From Dimorphilus gyrociliatus (Eukaryota > Animalia > Annelida), in NCBI GenBank assembly GCA_904063045.1, contig CAJFCJ010000006.1, forward strand, positions 1,713,601 through 1,777,600: a DNA stretch of 64,000 bases, given 5' to 3'. Of the stretch, positions 62,190-64,000 are shown piece by piece; position 1 is the first letter of the stretch; every line of letters starts with the position of its first letter. Made by a program: the position numbers and the translations under genes. A model generated the notes under the pieces. The model was not told the origin of the DNA. It made no database searches and saw only the letters and a list, made by a program, of their open reading frames with translations.

Positions 62190-64000
62190 ATGGCGACATC
62201 AGAGCAACTTGGTTACAACATGAGTTCTCTTCCAGATTTAGAAAAAAATGAACAAGGGTGTTCTATGCCTTTGGATAATAGAAGACAAGAGATGATCGAA
62301 CAGGGACCGTCAATTTTTGACATGATTAAGGCTGGGTAGTTGTTTTTTTTTTATAAACACTTGTTTGATTAAAGAAATTGATTGATTTCTCGCCAAATAA
62401 AAATCGTTGACTAAGCTTTTAATTTATCGCAGCTAATCCTATTAATGTTATAATATACCGATAGTAATTATAGTCTGGTGTCTTTTTCAGGCTGTTGGTC
62501 CCTCTCCAAACTATGATTGAACATCTTGGGCCTGAAGTGTTGTCTAGACGCGATGAAAAGGGTCATACACCGGCACATTGGGCTTGTCTCGGGGGCCATA
62601 CTGTTATTCTTAGACATTTAATTGACTGTAAGGCTCCGATAAATTTACCGAGTGAAGATGATCGAAAACAAAAGCCCATTCATTGGGCTTGTGTGAATGG
62701 TCATATTCAAATTGTTGATATCTTGCTACAAGCCGGTGAAAGTATCGATGATACGGACGCAAAAGGGTGTACACCACTCATTGTATCTAGCCAATACGGG
62801 CATACCGTTTTAGCTGGATACCTATTAGGCAAGGGAGCAAACAAAGACGCTGTAGATGTTGACGGAGATACAGCCCTTCATTGGGCGGCTTTTAAAGGCC
62901 ATAACGAGCTCATGAGACTTTTAGTGTATTCAGGATTAAGCCCACATCATAGAGACAGTTATAATCAAACACCTCTACATTTATCCTGTATCAATGGAAA
63001 TTTAACTGCTGTTAAGGAATTGTGTGAAATGGACGAAGTAGAAATTAATATTGAAGATAAACACCAAAAAACTCCATTAATGTTGGCATTAGGTCGCAAA
63101 CATATGAATATTGTTAATTATTTGAAGGAACATGCTAAACAAAGAACCTCTTTCTTACCTCGGATCGATTTGAAGTAGGCTAAAATTAATATTGAGATAA
63201 CACACCCACATCGTTGATTAACGTAAACTTTGTTTTATCTTTTGTAGGTCTCTTGTTTTTGGACCTCCTGGCAATAGTAAATTCGCACTAGTATTTTTTA
63301 TAGTAAATGTATTATTCTGGGGGTATCCGATGTATCTCTTTAAGGTAAATTTTTTAAGATTTATATAAAGATTGCTTTTTTTTTTTTAAATTATCTTCCT
63401 TATTCATATCTCTCATCTGATTTTGATTTACCATTTTTAAGTGCCTACCTCACACATATTATGAAACTTCCGGCCTACATATACTCTTTTGGATTTTGAA
63501 TGTTATTATGTGGATCTGCCTTTACCATGCCAGTACTATTGATCCTGGTTTCCTTCCAAGAAATGTTCCAGAATACGATGAGGCTATAAAAAGAGTAGCT
63601 AGATTTATTGATTGGAAACAAGGGGAAAATCCTTTGAGCAGATTATGCCATACTTGTAGAACTGTGCGCCCATTAAGATCGAAACACTGCAGAGTTTGTA
63701 ATCGTTGCATTAAACATTTCGATCATCATTGCCCATATATTTATAATTGTGTGGGATATAATAATCGGTAAGTTCAATTTTGTTTTTATTCAAAAATCGT
63801 TATTTATAATCACTTGAAAAATTATTACTATCCTTAATATATGCAATTATACCTTCCCACCTACTTTTCGCCCTACTATTCCTCCTAGTCCTTATATATA
63901 TTTTTTTCATGCTACATGCTTAAGATAATTAGATAATTTTATCATTTTAACAATTATTAATCTATAATTCAAATTATAATTTGGTTAGCACAATAATAAA
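62190..64000 (+). CDS. Ankyrin-repeat DHHC palmitoyltransferase (Patsas / HIP14-like family); runs off the window
   Basis: Ankyrin repeats (GHTPAHWAC, GDTALHWAAFKGHNELMRLLVYSG) and DHHC-CRD LCHTCRTVRPLRSKHCRVCNRCIKHFDHHCPYIYNCVG. Confidence 0.92.

Overview
Gene-dense, AT-rich animal genomic DNA with many miniature GT-AG introns (~45-100 nt). The gene set (Syk, Patsas-type DHHC, chitin-binding CBM14, SYCE2-like) and compaction fit a spiralian with a miniaturised genome such as the annelid Dimorphilus; the species is my inference only. I read about 20 spliced genes by hand, many missed or fragmented by the ORF track: EXOSC10, a secreted His/Pro/Met decapeptide-repeat protein, a low-complexity SH3 protein, an alkaline-phosphatase-fold GPI protein, a secreted C-type-lectin-like protein, SYK, an RRM protein, LAS1L, VPS15, a SYCE2-like gene, myotubularin, a ~3,400-aa double-chromodomain MPP8-like protein, a tandem death-domain protein, ankyrin-MAP3K19, eIF3m, a CBM14 protein, a Zn-ADH, a secreted Asn/Arg/Phe-rich protein, RBX1 and Patsas/ZDHHC. 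The three best leads are (1) a SYCE2-like gene carrying two tandem core modules with an intron at the same position in each, (2) the giant two-chromodomain MPP8/HUSH-like protein, and (3) an intact but apparently catalytically dead alkaline phosphatase. No tRNA, rRNA, CRISPR array or recognisable transposon was seen. All homology calls rest on alignments to reference proteins recalled from memory, not on database searches.
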